Notes: generated from the sequence alone by a model not told the origin. Counted from the first letter of the stretch, positions 7,863 through 16,312 are shown. The stretch is DNA of 22,113 nt from Armatimonadota bacterium (GCA_038248345.1 JBBRXO010000045.1:1-22113); one strand, 5' to 3'. Numbers and translations are program-made.

Positions 7863-8330
7863 TTAGCGACGCGCTCTACCGCGCACTTTGGGGGTATCCG
7901 GGGTAATTTCCATCAGCAATAGCGGTTCCTCGCGCACGGGTGCTGGGGGGAGCGGGCGCGGGGCCGCTATAGTGACAGGAGCCGCGCCCACTGGCGCCAG
8001 CGCGACCGGAACAATCGAGATTGCCATTGGCTTAGCCGTAATTTTGACGCTGATCTCCATCAGCTTAGGCTCATCATCCTTGCGGCGTTTGCGGATAACT
8101 TTGCTCTTCGGGTTGAGCGCCACCGAGATCTTCGCCTCGCGGTGATAGCGGGCGGCGATATCGGGGGTCTCCAGCAGTGGCTTCACATAGGTGGCAAAAT
8201 ACCCGCACGGCTCACCCTGAATTATCAGACAGGGGGTGCGTCCCAGGCAGCAATTTTTCTGGTAATTGGCACATTCGCCGCGCGCCAGTTTCGCATTAAT
8301 ATCTGTAGATGTCGCTTTCGCGCGTGCCAT
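7863..8330 (-). CDS. Hypothetical protein: N-terminal Cys-rich domain (resembles Cys_rich_VLP) plus basic, Pro/Ala-rich tail
   Basis: ECANYQKNCCLGRTPC...PCGYFATYVKP; has its own promoter and GAGGG SD-like site; family resemblance is from memory. Confidence 0.7.
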   Translation of the reverse strand: MARAKATSTDINAKLARGECANYQKNCCLGRTPCLIIQGEPCGYFATYVKPLLETPDIAARYHREAKISVALNPKSKVIRKRRKDDEPKLMEISVKITAKPMAISIVPVALAPVGAAPVTIAAPRPLPPAPVREEPLLLMEITPDTPKVRGRARR

Positions 8331-8359
8331 TTTCGTGTTACCCTCGCCAATTCACCATG

Positions 8360-8389
8360 AATATACCAGAACAAACGTGCGTTTGTAAA
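8360..8389 (-). promoter_or_regulatory. Promoter of the Cys-rich gene with LexA-like operator(s) in the spacer
   Basis: TTTACA-18-TATATT with TGn; AGAACAAACGTGCG (8368-8381) and perfect IR ACAAACG-TG-CGTTTGT (8371-8386). Confidence 0.55.
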
Positions 8390-8419
8390 GATTTTAATCA
8401 ATCCGGGTGCCACCCCTCA

Positions 8420-8550
8420 ACCTGGACCTGGATCTGGACCTGGGGCGTTGCCCCAGGCTACCGAATGTTAGCCCTTCAGGCTAATCCCCATTGCAAACAG
8501 CATTGCCTGAAGGGCAATAATTCGATAGCCTAGGGCAGCGCCCTAGGTCC
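8420..8550. repeat. REPIN-like doublet, preceded by 4x AYCTGG hexamer
   Basis: 25-bp arms at 8436-8460 and 8526-8550, each an internal hairpin; inner IR GCCCTTCAGGC (8471-8481)/GCCTGAAGGGC (8505-8515). Confidence 0.82.
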
Positions 8551-8601
8551 TTTTCAATTCCTAATCTCTCTATTCGCCCCAACCGCACCCATTTCCTCCC
8601 A

Positions 8602-10068
8602 TCATTTCTTCAAATATGCCGCACCGTATACTGGCTGCAGCAGATGGTCATCACTTTTTGCGCTGGTGTCCTGGTAGGTGACGGGGGGCGGGGCGGGACT
8701 GTTGCTACTGGTGATGCCCTGCGGGTTGTGGGTAAATTTGCCGGTGCTGGGGAATTTGGTGGTGAACCAGGCGGGGTTGAGCTGCTCATCTTTTGCCGAC
8801 TCGCCGATGCCATATACCCAGCCGTCCTGCGAGCCGATGACTATCATGCCTCCACAGACCAGCGGGGTGGCGTCGATGTCGTAGCCCTCGTCGAAGACCC
8901 ACATTGGCTCACCGGTGTCCTGCCGCAGGCACCAGAGCTGGCCATTGCGCACACCCACCACCACGCAGCCATCGACGACGGCGGCGCTGCTCCAGATACG
9001 GTTGCCCAGCTTGCGCTGCCAGACGACCTTGCCGTCAGACATATTGCGCGCGGCGAAGTTGCCGTCGTTAGTACCGATGTAGAGCATTCCCTTCGCCGGG
9101 TCCAGCGCTGGGGTAGCCCAGTATCCGCGCGGGCTGGTCTCATGCCAGATGGTTTTGCCGGTTTCGGCGTCCAGGCACCACAGGTGCCCGGTCTCGCCTA
9201 CCTTGGCTGTCTTGCTGCCCACATAGAGCTTGCCTTGCCAGTGCACGGTGGTAGAGTCGGTGTCGCCCAGCGTACTCGCCTTCCAGATCGTTTTGCCATC
9301 GGCGATATTCAGACAATACAGAGTGCCGTTGCCACCCGCTATCACTTTGTTACCCACGATAGTTGGGGAGGATTCTATCGAACCGATGGTCTTCTCCGAC
9401 TTCCACAGGATTTTGCCGGTGTCGGCAGCGAAGCTATAAATGTGGAAATCCTCCGCGCCGATGTAGCCTTTGCCGTCCACTACCACCGGGTTGGAGTCCA
9501 TGTCGTTGCCGGTGCGCGTCTCCCAGCGCATTTTGCCGTCCAACGAATAACAGTGGATTTTATTATCGCGCCCACCGTGGTAGATACTGTCGCCAAAGAT
9601 AGAGATGCTCCCCTTGATGACATGGTGATTAGGGTAATACCACACCGGCGCGCCTGTCATCGCCTGCAGGCAGTAGACATAGGAGTCGGCGCTGCCGAAG
9701 TAGACCTTGCCCTCCTGCATGATCGGTTGCCCGGTCCAACCGCAGCCCTTCCAGGTAGATGCAGCAGTCAGCTTCACATCACCGCGCTGCTCATATGGCC
9801 CCTCCGCTTTGTCTTTGGTACGGAAACGCCAGAGCAACTTCGGCACCCGCGGCACCGTGCCCACCCCGGAGAGGTTGCGCTCCGGATTCCCGCGGAACAT
9901 CGTCAGCCGATCCGCCACCGATGCAGGAGCGGTGGCGCTATCCACCGGTCGAGTGACGGTACCGGAGGAAGCCGGCGCGTCAACAACCGGCGTATTTTTG
10001 CATCCCACTAACGCCAGAGACAATCCAGCGGTGAGCGCCATAATAGGCAAATATGTTATTCTGAACAA
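8602..10068 (-). CDS. PQQ-like repeat beta-propeller lipoprotein (BamB-like fold)
   Basis: Lipobox LVG-C; MFRGNPERN; repeated xxCLxAxTGKxxW docking motifs; TTG start with SD AAAGGAGG. Confidence 0.9.
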   Translation of the reverse strand: MFRITYLPIMALTAGLSLALVGCKNTPVVDAPASSGTVTRPVDSATAPASVADRLTMFRGNPERNLSGVGTVPRVPKLLWRFRTKDKAEGPYEQRGDVKLTAASTWKGCGWTGQPIMQEGKVYFGSADSYVYCLQAMTGAPVWYYPNHHVIKGSISIFGDSIYHGGRDNKIHCYSLDGKMRWETRTGNDMDSNPVVVDGKGYIGAEDFHIYSFAADTGKILWKSEKTIGSIESSPTIVGNKVIAGGNGTLYCLNIADGKTIWKASTLGDTDSTTVHWQGKLYVGSKTAKVGETGHLWCLDAETGKTIWHETSPRGYWATPALDPAKGMLYIGTNDGNFAARNMSDGKVVWQRKLGNRIWSSAAVVDGCVVVGVRNGQLWCLRQDTGEPMWVFDEGYDIDATPLVCGGMIVIGSQDGWVYGIGESAKDEQLNPAWFTTKFPSTGKFTHNPQGITSSNSPAPPPVTYQDTSAKSDDHLLQPVYGAAYLKK

Positions 10069-10215
10069 TTACTACCTCCTTTTCGAAAAATAGTTCCAAA
10101 TTCCAAGCCGACACCCCGGCATAAAGGACGGGAGGTGGGGATTCTGCTACATCGAATTTTCATCCCCACATAATGAAGCGCACTTCATTACTGACTCCCT
10201 TTTAATATTGGTCTA

Positions 10216-10246
10216 CCGTTCTCATGAGCCGAACGCCTATGCCACG
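10216..10246 (-). repeat. REP-like palindrome, family A copy 3 (degenerate)
   Basis: 25 of 31 positions identical to 3154-3184; lies immediately after the UPF0182 stop codon. Confidence 0.7.
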
Positions 10247-10247
10247 C

Positions 10248-13031
10248 TTATCGATTCATCTCTTCCAAATCCTTGCGCAATGCCTCCTGCTCTGCCCCAT
10301 AGGTGGCCCAGTCTCCGGCTTTGAGGGCTGTTTGGGCTTTAATATAGTGATCCATGGCGGTGCGTGCTAGCGTTAGTTGCGCGGGAGTCACCGGGGTGGT
10401 AGTGGTGGGCAGGGCATTGGGCGCGGGTTTCGCTGTCACTTTGATGCCGGTGAGCGCCGCCAGCGCTTCGCCCAGTGTGGGGCGCATGGCGATGCCTTCT
10501 TTATCTGCCACAATCACGCGCTGTAATTCCGGTATCTGCGATTTATTGGCCTGCAAATAGAGCGGCTGAACGTAGAGTAGCGAGTCCGCCACCGGGATTA
10601 CGAGCATGTTGCCCAACACCACCCGCGACCCTTGCTGATTCCATAGTGTCAGCTCCGGGCTGATCACCGGGTCCTGCTGGATACGGGCGTATATCTGCTC
10701 CGGGCCGTCAATCTGGCTTTGTTTGGGGAAATTATACACCACCAATTTCCCCAGTTGGTCAGGCTCATTGCGCGCGCTCAACCAGGCGATCATATTGGTC
10801 TTGCGCTGCTGGCTACTGGCAGGTACATAGGGGTGGGTAAGCAGGTACTCCGGCTCCGATTTTCCCGGCAGGCTCATAATAACGTAGTAGGCTTCCATCG
10901 GTTGTGCGCTTAAAGCGCCATTGTCACCCGAAGCATTTTCGTATGGCACGTCCCACAGGTCTTCCTGACTATAAAAGAGACGGGGGTCTTTCATGTGGTA
11001 GCGACGATAGACGTCGTACTGAGCGTTGAACAACCCCTCTGGCAAGCGCACATGAGCGCGTAGCCCGGCAGGCATCTCCGTCAATGGGTGGAACATACCC
11101 GGGAACACCTGCGCCCAGGCGTTGATGACCGGTTCGTTGGTATCGGTGAGGAAGAACTTCGTCTCACCATTGTAGGCGTCAACTACTGCCTTCACCGAGT
11201 TACGCACATAATTAACATTTTCCGCCTCACCCCCGGCAACTTTGAGCGCAGCACTGCGTGCATAAGGGTAACGCGAGGAGCGTGTATAGCCATCAATGAT
11301 CCAGTATAGTTTGCCATCGGTGCCGATAACGATATATGGGTCTTTGTCGAAGGAAAGGAAAGGGGCAGCCGCCGCTACGCGCTCACTGACGCTACGACGG
11401 AACAGAATCCGGCTTTGTGGCGTGATGTATTTGGAGATGAGCAGATTCACATCACTGAAACGTAACGCCATAGCGTAACGAACCAATGGATTCACCATTG
11501 AAACACCGCCATTGCCTCTGTAGGTACAGTAACTGTTATCGCCGCTGGTAGGATAATCAAACTCCTGCTGTGTGGTATTGGTAAGGGCGTAATCGCTGTC
11601 CATCTCGCTGAAGTATAACTCAGGACGGTTAATCTTCAGCGATTCATAGGTCGATTGCGGCGGGATATTGCTGATGAAGAAGTTCGGCTCACCATTGCCC
11701 TGTACTTCATTAACTGGTGACATCACCGCACCGTAGCCATGTGTATAGATAAGATGGCGATTCACCCATCCCTGGTCGCCGCTAAGGCTGTCCACATTCA
11801 TTTCTCGGGCCGCAATCATTACCTGACGCAGTTCACCATCGAGCACGTAGCGATCAACATCCACATCGTGTATCTGGTAATAAGTGCGGATCACCTGCCG
11901 CTGGTTGTACACCTGTTGCAACGGGCGATAGTCCCATAAGCGCAGATTCTTCATCGTCACCGGTGCACCGGCTACATCATCGGCAGTGACTTTGCCACGT
12001 GGCGGGAATTGCACCTCTTCCACATTATCCAACCCGAAAGCCTTACGGGTAAAACTGATATGGTTGGCAATGAAAGGCGTCTCCAACGCCAGCTCGTTCG
12101 GCTCAACCTGGAAACGTTGCACAAATGCCGGGTAGACACCCTGCACCAAAACACCCGCCAGAATTAACAGCGCTATAGCAGTCACCGGAATAAAGACGGT
12201 ACGCCGCCACATATTGATAAGCATCAGCAAAGCACAGATGACTGACACCCAGAGCATAACATTCAATGCGGGAATGCGCGCATAAGCTTCGGTATAGCCA
12301 ACTCCGACGAAATTATTACCTTCCCGAAAAAGCATATCATAGCGATACAGGTAATAGGCGGCGATACGAGTGAGGAAGATCAATCCGAGTAACCAGCTGA
12401 GGTGCATAGCCACCGGGGCGGCGAAGACCGGGAAGCCACGTAGCGAACGCACTGTGCGCGTGAGCAGATAGATAATCGCCACTAAAATGAGGGTGATCAT
12501 TAACGCACTGGTAGTCCAACGGACGAGCAACTCCCACACCGGCAGGCGGAACATATAGAAGCCTAGGTCGCGTCCAAAGATCGGATCTATCTCACCCACC
12601 TTCTGCGCGTGAAAGAAGAGCAAAATCTGTTGCCAATTCGCCGTAGCGCTGCTTCCCACACCAAAGGCGAAGAGCGCGGAAACAATTATCCCAGCAATCA
12701 TGACGAATCGCCGCACGGAACGGTCTACCACCGCCATCATCCGCTCACGCAGGCGTCGCCCGAAATCCGCCCACACAGTCTCCCCCGCTCCACGAATTGC
12801 GAGGTATATATTTATAAAGATGATGAGAAAAGCAACCAAACCGACGATAATACCCGGTAACCATTGCCCCCAGGTAAAAGTCCAATAGATACTCTCACGC
12901 CCTAAGTCACGATACCAGAGCCAATCAGTGAGTAACCACGCCAGCGCTGGAGCTACTATTAGCAGCAATACCAGCGCCAGCACAATAATCAGTTTCCCAT
13001 ACGTACGTTTAACCGGGGGTTTAGCAACCAT
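10248..13031 (-). CDS. UPF0182 family membrane protein
   Basis: TDWLWY, DPIFGRDLGFYMFRLP, RLWDYRPL, WVNRHLIYTHGYG, NYVRNSVKAVVDAYNG, GDWATYG; start ATG 13031 (or 13034) after SD GAGGTGA. Confidence 0.96.
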   Translation of the reverse strand: MVAKPPVKRTYGKLIIVLALVLLLIVAPALAWLLTDWLWYRDLGRESIYWTFTWGQWLPGIIVGLVAFLIIFINIYLAIRGAGETVWADFGRRLRERMMAVVDRSVRRFVMIAGIIVSALFAFGVGSSATANWQQILLFFHAQKVGEIDPIFGRDLGFYMFRLPVWELLVRWTTSALMITLILVAIIYLLTRTVRSLRGFPVFAAPVAMHLSWLLGLIFLTRIAAYYLYRYDMLFREGNNFVGVGYTEAYARIPALNVMLWVSVICALLMLINMWRRTVFIPVTAIALLILAGVLVQGVYPAFVQRFQVEPNELALETPFIANHISFTRKAFGLDNVEEVQFPPRGKVTADDVAGAPVTMKNLRLWDYRPLQQVYNQRQVIRTYYQIHDVDVDRYVLDGELRQVMIAAREMNVDSLSGDQGWVNRHLIYTHGYGAVMSPVNEVQGNGEPNFFISNIPPQSTYESLKINRPELYFSEMDSDYALTNTTQQEFDYPTSGDNSYCTYRGNGGVSMVNPLVRYAMALRFSDVNLLISKYITPQSRILFRRSVSERVAAAAPFLSFDKDPYIVIGTDGKLYWIIDGYTRSSRYPYARSAALKVAGGEAENVNYVRNSVKAVVDAYNGETKFFLTDTNEPVINAWAQVFPGMFHPLTEMPAGLRAHVRLPEGLFNAQYDVYRRYHMKDPRLFYSQEDLWDVPYENASGDNGALSAQPMEAYYVIMSLPGKSEPEYLLTHPYVPASSQQRKTNMIAWLSARNEPDQLGKLVVYNFPKQSQIDGPEQIYARIQQDPVISPELTLWNQQGSRVVLGNMLVIPVADSLLYVQPLYLQANKSQIPELQRVIVADKEGIAMRPTLGEALAALTGIKVTAKPAPNALPTTTTPVTPAQLTLARTAMDHYIKAQTALKAGDWATYGAEQEALRKDLEEMNR

Positions 13032-13278
13032 CATAATCACCTCATCACCTTATTATACCGTGCGATTACCTTTCAGTGGGGATTATTTGCCTGATATCCT
13101 GAACAATGTTCATTTCGGGAATTTTCTCATAGTAAAAATGGCATTTACCCAAACCTGCATAGCTAACCAGCCCCTACCCCAGGCTTCCTGCACCCGCTTC
13201 ACAACCTTCTTCGCTTGTAGGTGTCTATATTAATAAGGTTCCAAGCAAAGGTAGTTTTGCGACATGGTGGAGGAATAG

Positions 13279-15240
13279 ATGAAACGGCTGCTACTGGTAT
13301 TAGTGTTCCTGCTCTGGTTGACGGCGAATAGTTGGGGGCAAGATAATTTTGCAGATTTACGGTCGGTTACTCAGCCAGCAAACGCTCTCTGGTTGAGTAC
13401 TCTTGATCTGAGCAAAATGACTACCGGTTGGGGCACGCCGCATGTAGATATGTCAGTAGATGGCAATCCTATCAAGCTGCACGGGATAATTTATCCGCAC
13501 GGTGTCGGCACCCATGCCGAGAGCGAAATTACCATTGATTTGAAGGGTGTCGTGCAGCGTTTTCAGGCGATGGTGGGGGTAGATGATGAAGTAAATGACC
13601 AGGGTTCTCTTACCTTCTCGGTCTTTGCCGATGATCGCCAGTTACTGGAAACTCCCATTCTCAAAGGGGGCGATGATCCGTATTTCATCAATATTGACCT
13701 CACTAATGTCCGAACTTTGCGCCTGCGTATCGGCAATGCCAACGGAAATATCAGCTGCGATCATGGCGACTGGGCTGGCGCTTTGCTCTGGTTAATACCT
13801 GATGCTAAAGAACAGCCAGTGTCGATAACCCCTCCGCCACCGCCGGTGCTCTCAACGGTGGAGCCGATTATCGCTTCCAAAGACGATATCGCAATGACAA
13901 TGAACAGCCCGATGATTGTTGGAGCAACTCCCACCCGTCCCTTCCAATACCTTATCGCAGCTGTCGGCCCCGCGCCAATTGTCTATTCCACAGAGAATTT
14001 ACCGGAGGGTTTGGCGCTGGACGCCACAACCGGGCTGATCACTGGAAAAATTGCCATCGCTGGAGATTATAAGGTGCTAGCAACAGCGAGCAGCGCAAAT
14101 GCTAGCGTTTCACGTACCATCACCATCAGCGCAGGGGCGCATAAACTAGGGCAGACACCTCCTATGGGTTGGAATACGGGCAGAATACTGAACCGACGTA
14201 TTAACGTCACAAAAGTTAAAGAAGCAGCGGATACACTGGTAAAAGCCGGGCTGGTGAGCCGTGGTTACCAATATATCCTCCTCGGAGATGGCTGGCAAGG
14301 ACAACGAAGTGTAACTGGTGAGTTGCAGGCCAACCCGAACTTCGGTGATATGAAAGAGCTGGCAGATTACCTGCATGCACGCGGCCTTAAACTGGGGATA
14401 TTCTCCACCCCTAGTGAAAAGACGGTTCGGGGCGCTCCCGGCAGTGCTGGGTATGAGGTGCAGGATGCCAAAACCTTCGCTGCCTGGGGGGTAGATTACC
14501 TGCGCTATGACTGGGGCACCTGTAAAAACCCGGACATCAAAGCGCCATATCAGGTAATGAGTGACGCGTTACAGGGTAGTGATCGTGATATCTTCTATTC
14601 GATCAGCCAATTCGGTATGGGCAATGTTTGGGAATGGGGAGCAAAAGTCGGCGGAAATAGCTGGCAGGTAGGCCAAACTGTCAGCGATACCTGGGCGCAC
14701 GTTTCCACAGATAGCATCAACCTGGAAGCCATCGGTTACGCTGGTCCCGGCCACTGGAATGACTATGACAGCCTGAAGGTGGGCAATATTAGCAGAGGCG
14801 GCGCGGCGATTAAAAGCAAGCTCACCCCCAACGAACAACTATCGCACCTTACATTGATGAGCATGATCAGCGCCCCCCTGCTGCTGGGATGCAATCTGAA
14901 TAGCCTCGATACCTACACCCTTAACCTCATCAGCAACACGGAAGTGCTGGCGGTGAATCAGGATACTGCTGGAACGCCACCAACTCGATTGAATATCGAG
15001 GGCGACGGAGAAGTGTGGTCACGTCAATTAGTAGATGGTACGCTAGCAGTGGCGCTTTTCAACCGTGGTGTCTCGAATACCCAGGTATTGGTTCGCTGGA
15101 CGGATTTGAAATTGACGGGGCTGCAGCAGGTTCGCAACCTGTGGCAACGAACGGAATTGGGCAATTATCCCGATGGATATAGCACCATAATACCTGGCCA
15201 CGGGGTGGTGTTATTGCGGGTGGGCACGCCCAAGGACTAA
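13279..15240 (+). CDS. Secreted NPCBM/NEW2 + Ig-like + GH27 (alpha-galactosidase-fold) protein with degenerate active site
   Basis: Signal peptide; NPCBM (HGVGTHAES...CDHGDWA); LPEGLALDATTGLITG Ig-like repeat; GH27 TPPMGWN, WGVDYLRYD, GPGHWND; C-terminal beta-sandwich. Confidence 0.9.
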   Translation: MKRLLLVLVFLLWLTANSWGQDNFADLRSVTQPANALWLSTLDLSKMTTGWGTPHVDMSVDGNPIKLHGIIYPHGVGTHAESEITIDLKGVVQRFQAMVGVDDEVNDQGSLTFSVFADDRQLLETPILKGGDDPYFINIDLTNVRTLRLRIGNANGNISCDHGDWAGALLWLIPDAKEQPVSITPPPPPVLSTVEPIIASKDDIAMTMNSPMIVGATPTRPFQYLIAAVGPAPIVYSTENLPEGLALDATTGLITGKIAIAGDYKVLATASSANASVSRTITISAGAHKLGQTPPMGWNTGRILNRRINVTKVKEAADTLVKAGLVSRGYQYILLGDGWQGQRSVTGELQANPNFGDMKELADYLHARGLKLGIFSTPSEKTVRGAPGSAGYEVQDAKTFAAWGVDYLRYDWGTCKNPDIKAPYQVMSDALQGSDRDIFYSISQFGMGNVWEWGAKVGGNSWQVGQTVSDTWAHVSTDSINLEAIGYAGPGHWNDYDSLKVGNISRGGAAIKSKLTPNEQLSHLTLMSMISAPLLLGCNLNSLDTYTLNLISNTEVLAVNQDTAGTPPTRLNIEGDGEVWSRQLVDGTLAVALFNRGVSNTQVLVRWTDLKLTGLQQVRNLWQRTELGNYPDGYSTIIPGHGVVLLRVGTPKD

Positions 15241-15277
15241 TAAAAAAACGGGGGCACGTCCTTTTAACGTGCCCCCG
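15241..15277 (-). terminator. Intrinsic terminator oriented for minus-strand transcription
   Basis: Perfect 11-bp stem CGGGGGCACGT/ACGTGCCCCCG (15249-15277) with a 7-U tract on the minus strand only. Confidence 0.88.
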
Positions 15278-15300
15278 CGGGTTATCTGGAGTATGGGAGC

Positions 15301-15339
15301 TTAGAGCTCACCACCTCCGCTGTGTTGGTTATAAATCAT
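15301..15339 (-). CDS. Putative 12-aa micropeptide MIYNQHSGGGEL (alternatively part of an sRNA)
   Basis: ATG 8 nt after GAAAGGAGGTG (15348-15358), inside its own promoter-terminator unit. Confidence 0.5.
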   Translation of the reverse strand: MIYNQHSGGGEL

Positions 15340-15367
15340 ATACACACCACCTCCTTTCACTAAGTAA

Positions 15368-15409
15368 ATTCTACCACCTGTTCTCTCATCTGTAAACAGG
15401 TTATCCACA
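15368..15409 (-). promoter_or_regulatory. Sigma70-type promoter with overlapping palindrome and adjacent DnaA box
   Basis: TTTACA (15391-15396)-17-TAGAAT (15368-15373) with TGn; IR ACCTGTT-N12-AACAGGT (15376-15401); TTATCCACA (15401-15409). Confidence 0.75.
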
Positions 15410-15493
15410 CTTTTTTGAAAATTTATTCACCGGGGCTTGCCACGGGCGTACTTCTCACTCGTCATCGCCCCCCGAAGAATCGTCTACTAGCTC

Positions 15494-16297
15494 CTATCCC
15501 CCTAATTCCTTCGACTTAAGTGTGGCGGCTTTCACCGCCTGGATAAGGGCATGGCGCAGACCATTCTCTTCTAGGGTGGCCAGGGCGGCAATGGTAGTAC
15601 CGCCCGGGCTACTGACAGCATCCTTCAACTCTGCCGGGTGCATCCCCGTTTCCAATTGTAATTTAGCCGTGCCATACACCGTCTGCGCCGCCAACCGTTG
15701 CGCGGTGGCCCGCGGAAGCCCCATCTGTACGCCCCCATCGGCCAACGCCTCGATAATTATCGCTACATAGGCGGGGCCGCTCCCGCTCAAGCCAGTAACG
15801 GCATCCAGCAAGCTCTCCGGCACCTCCTCGACGATAGCACTGGAAGTGAGCAATTTGTGCAATAATGTGCGGGTTGCAGTCGGTACTTTATCGGCAAAAC
15901 TAAGACCTACCGCCCCGGCCCCCACCAGGCACGGGGTGTTGGGCATGGCGCGCGCCAGCAGCAAATCAGGGCGAGCCAACGCGGTGGCAATGGCCTGGAG
16001 TTTAACACCGGCGGCAATGCTTAGCACCGCAATGCCGTTGGGCAAAATGGGGGATAACTCGGTGCATATCAGCGGTACCAGGTTCGGCTTAACCGCCAGG
16101 ATAACGACATCGGCTGACTTGACCGCGATGGTATTATCCGTAGTGGTAGCTACGCCCAGCTCGGTCGCTAATTTTCGTAGTTGCTCGCCATTGAGGTCAG
16201 CGAGCGTAATATCGCCCGCAGTTAGTTGGCCACTGGCGATAATTCCACGCGCCAGCGCCTCACCCATCTTCCCGGCGCCGATGAAGGTAAGTTTCAT
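15494..16297 (-). CDS. proC: Pyrroline-5-carboxylate reductase
   Basis: FIGAGKMG, LAVKP, RAMPNTP, TGLSGSGPAY, VSSPGGTT. Confidence 0.98.
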   Translation of the reverse strand: MKLTFIGAGKMGEALARGIIASGQLTAGDITLADLNGEQLRKLATELGVATTTDNTIAVKSADVVILAVKPNLVPLICTELSPILPNGIAVLSIAAGVKLQAIATALARPDLLLARAMPNTPCLVGAGAVGLSFADKVPTATRTLLHKLLTSSAIVEEVPESLLDAVTGLSGSGPAYVAIIIEALADGGVQMGLPRATAQRLAAQTVYGTAKLQLETGMHPAELKDAVSSPGGTTIAALATLEENGLRHALIQAVKAATLKSKELGG

Positions 16298-16312
16298 ATT
16301 ATTGCTCCCAGA

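Noticed and set aside
8644..10011. 455-aa ORF on the + strand
   Set aside because: Antisense shadow of the GC-rich beta-propeller gene; no recognisable motifs
15301..15320. prfB-like +1 frameshift site (internal SD before CUC UAA)
   Set aside because: CUC-to-UCU re-pairing is poor, spacing differs from prfB, and the +1 frame stops within a few codons
15401..15431. oriC suggested by DnaA boxes
   Set aside because: Only one perfect and one imperfect box, no box cluster or DUE repeats, no dnaA/dnaN nearby
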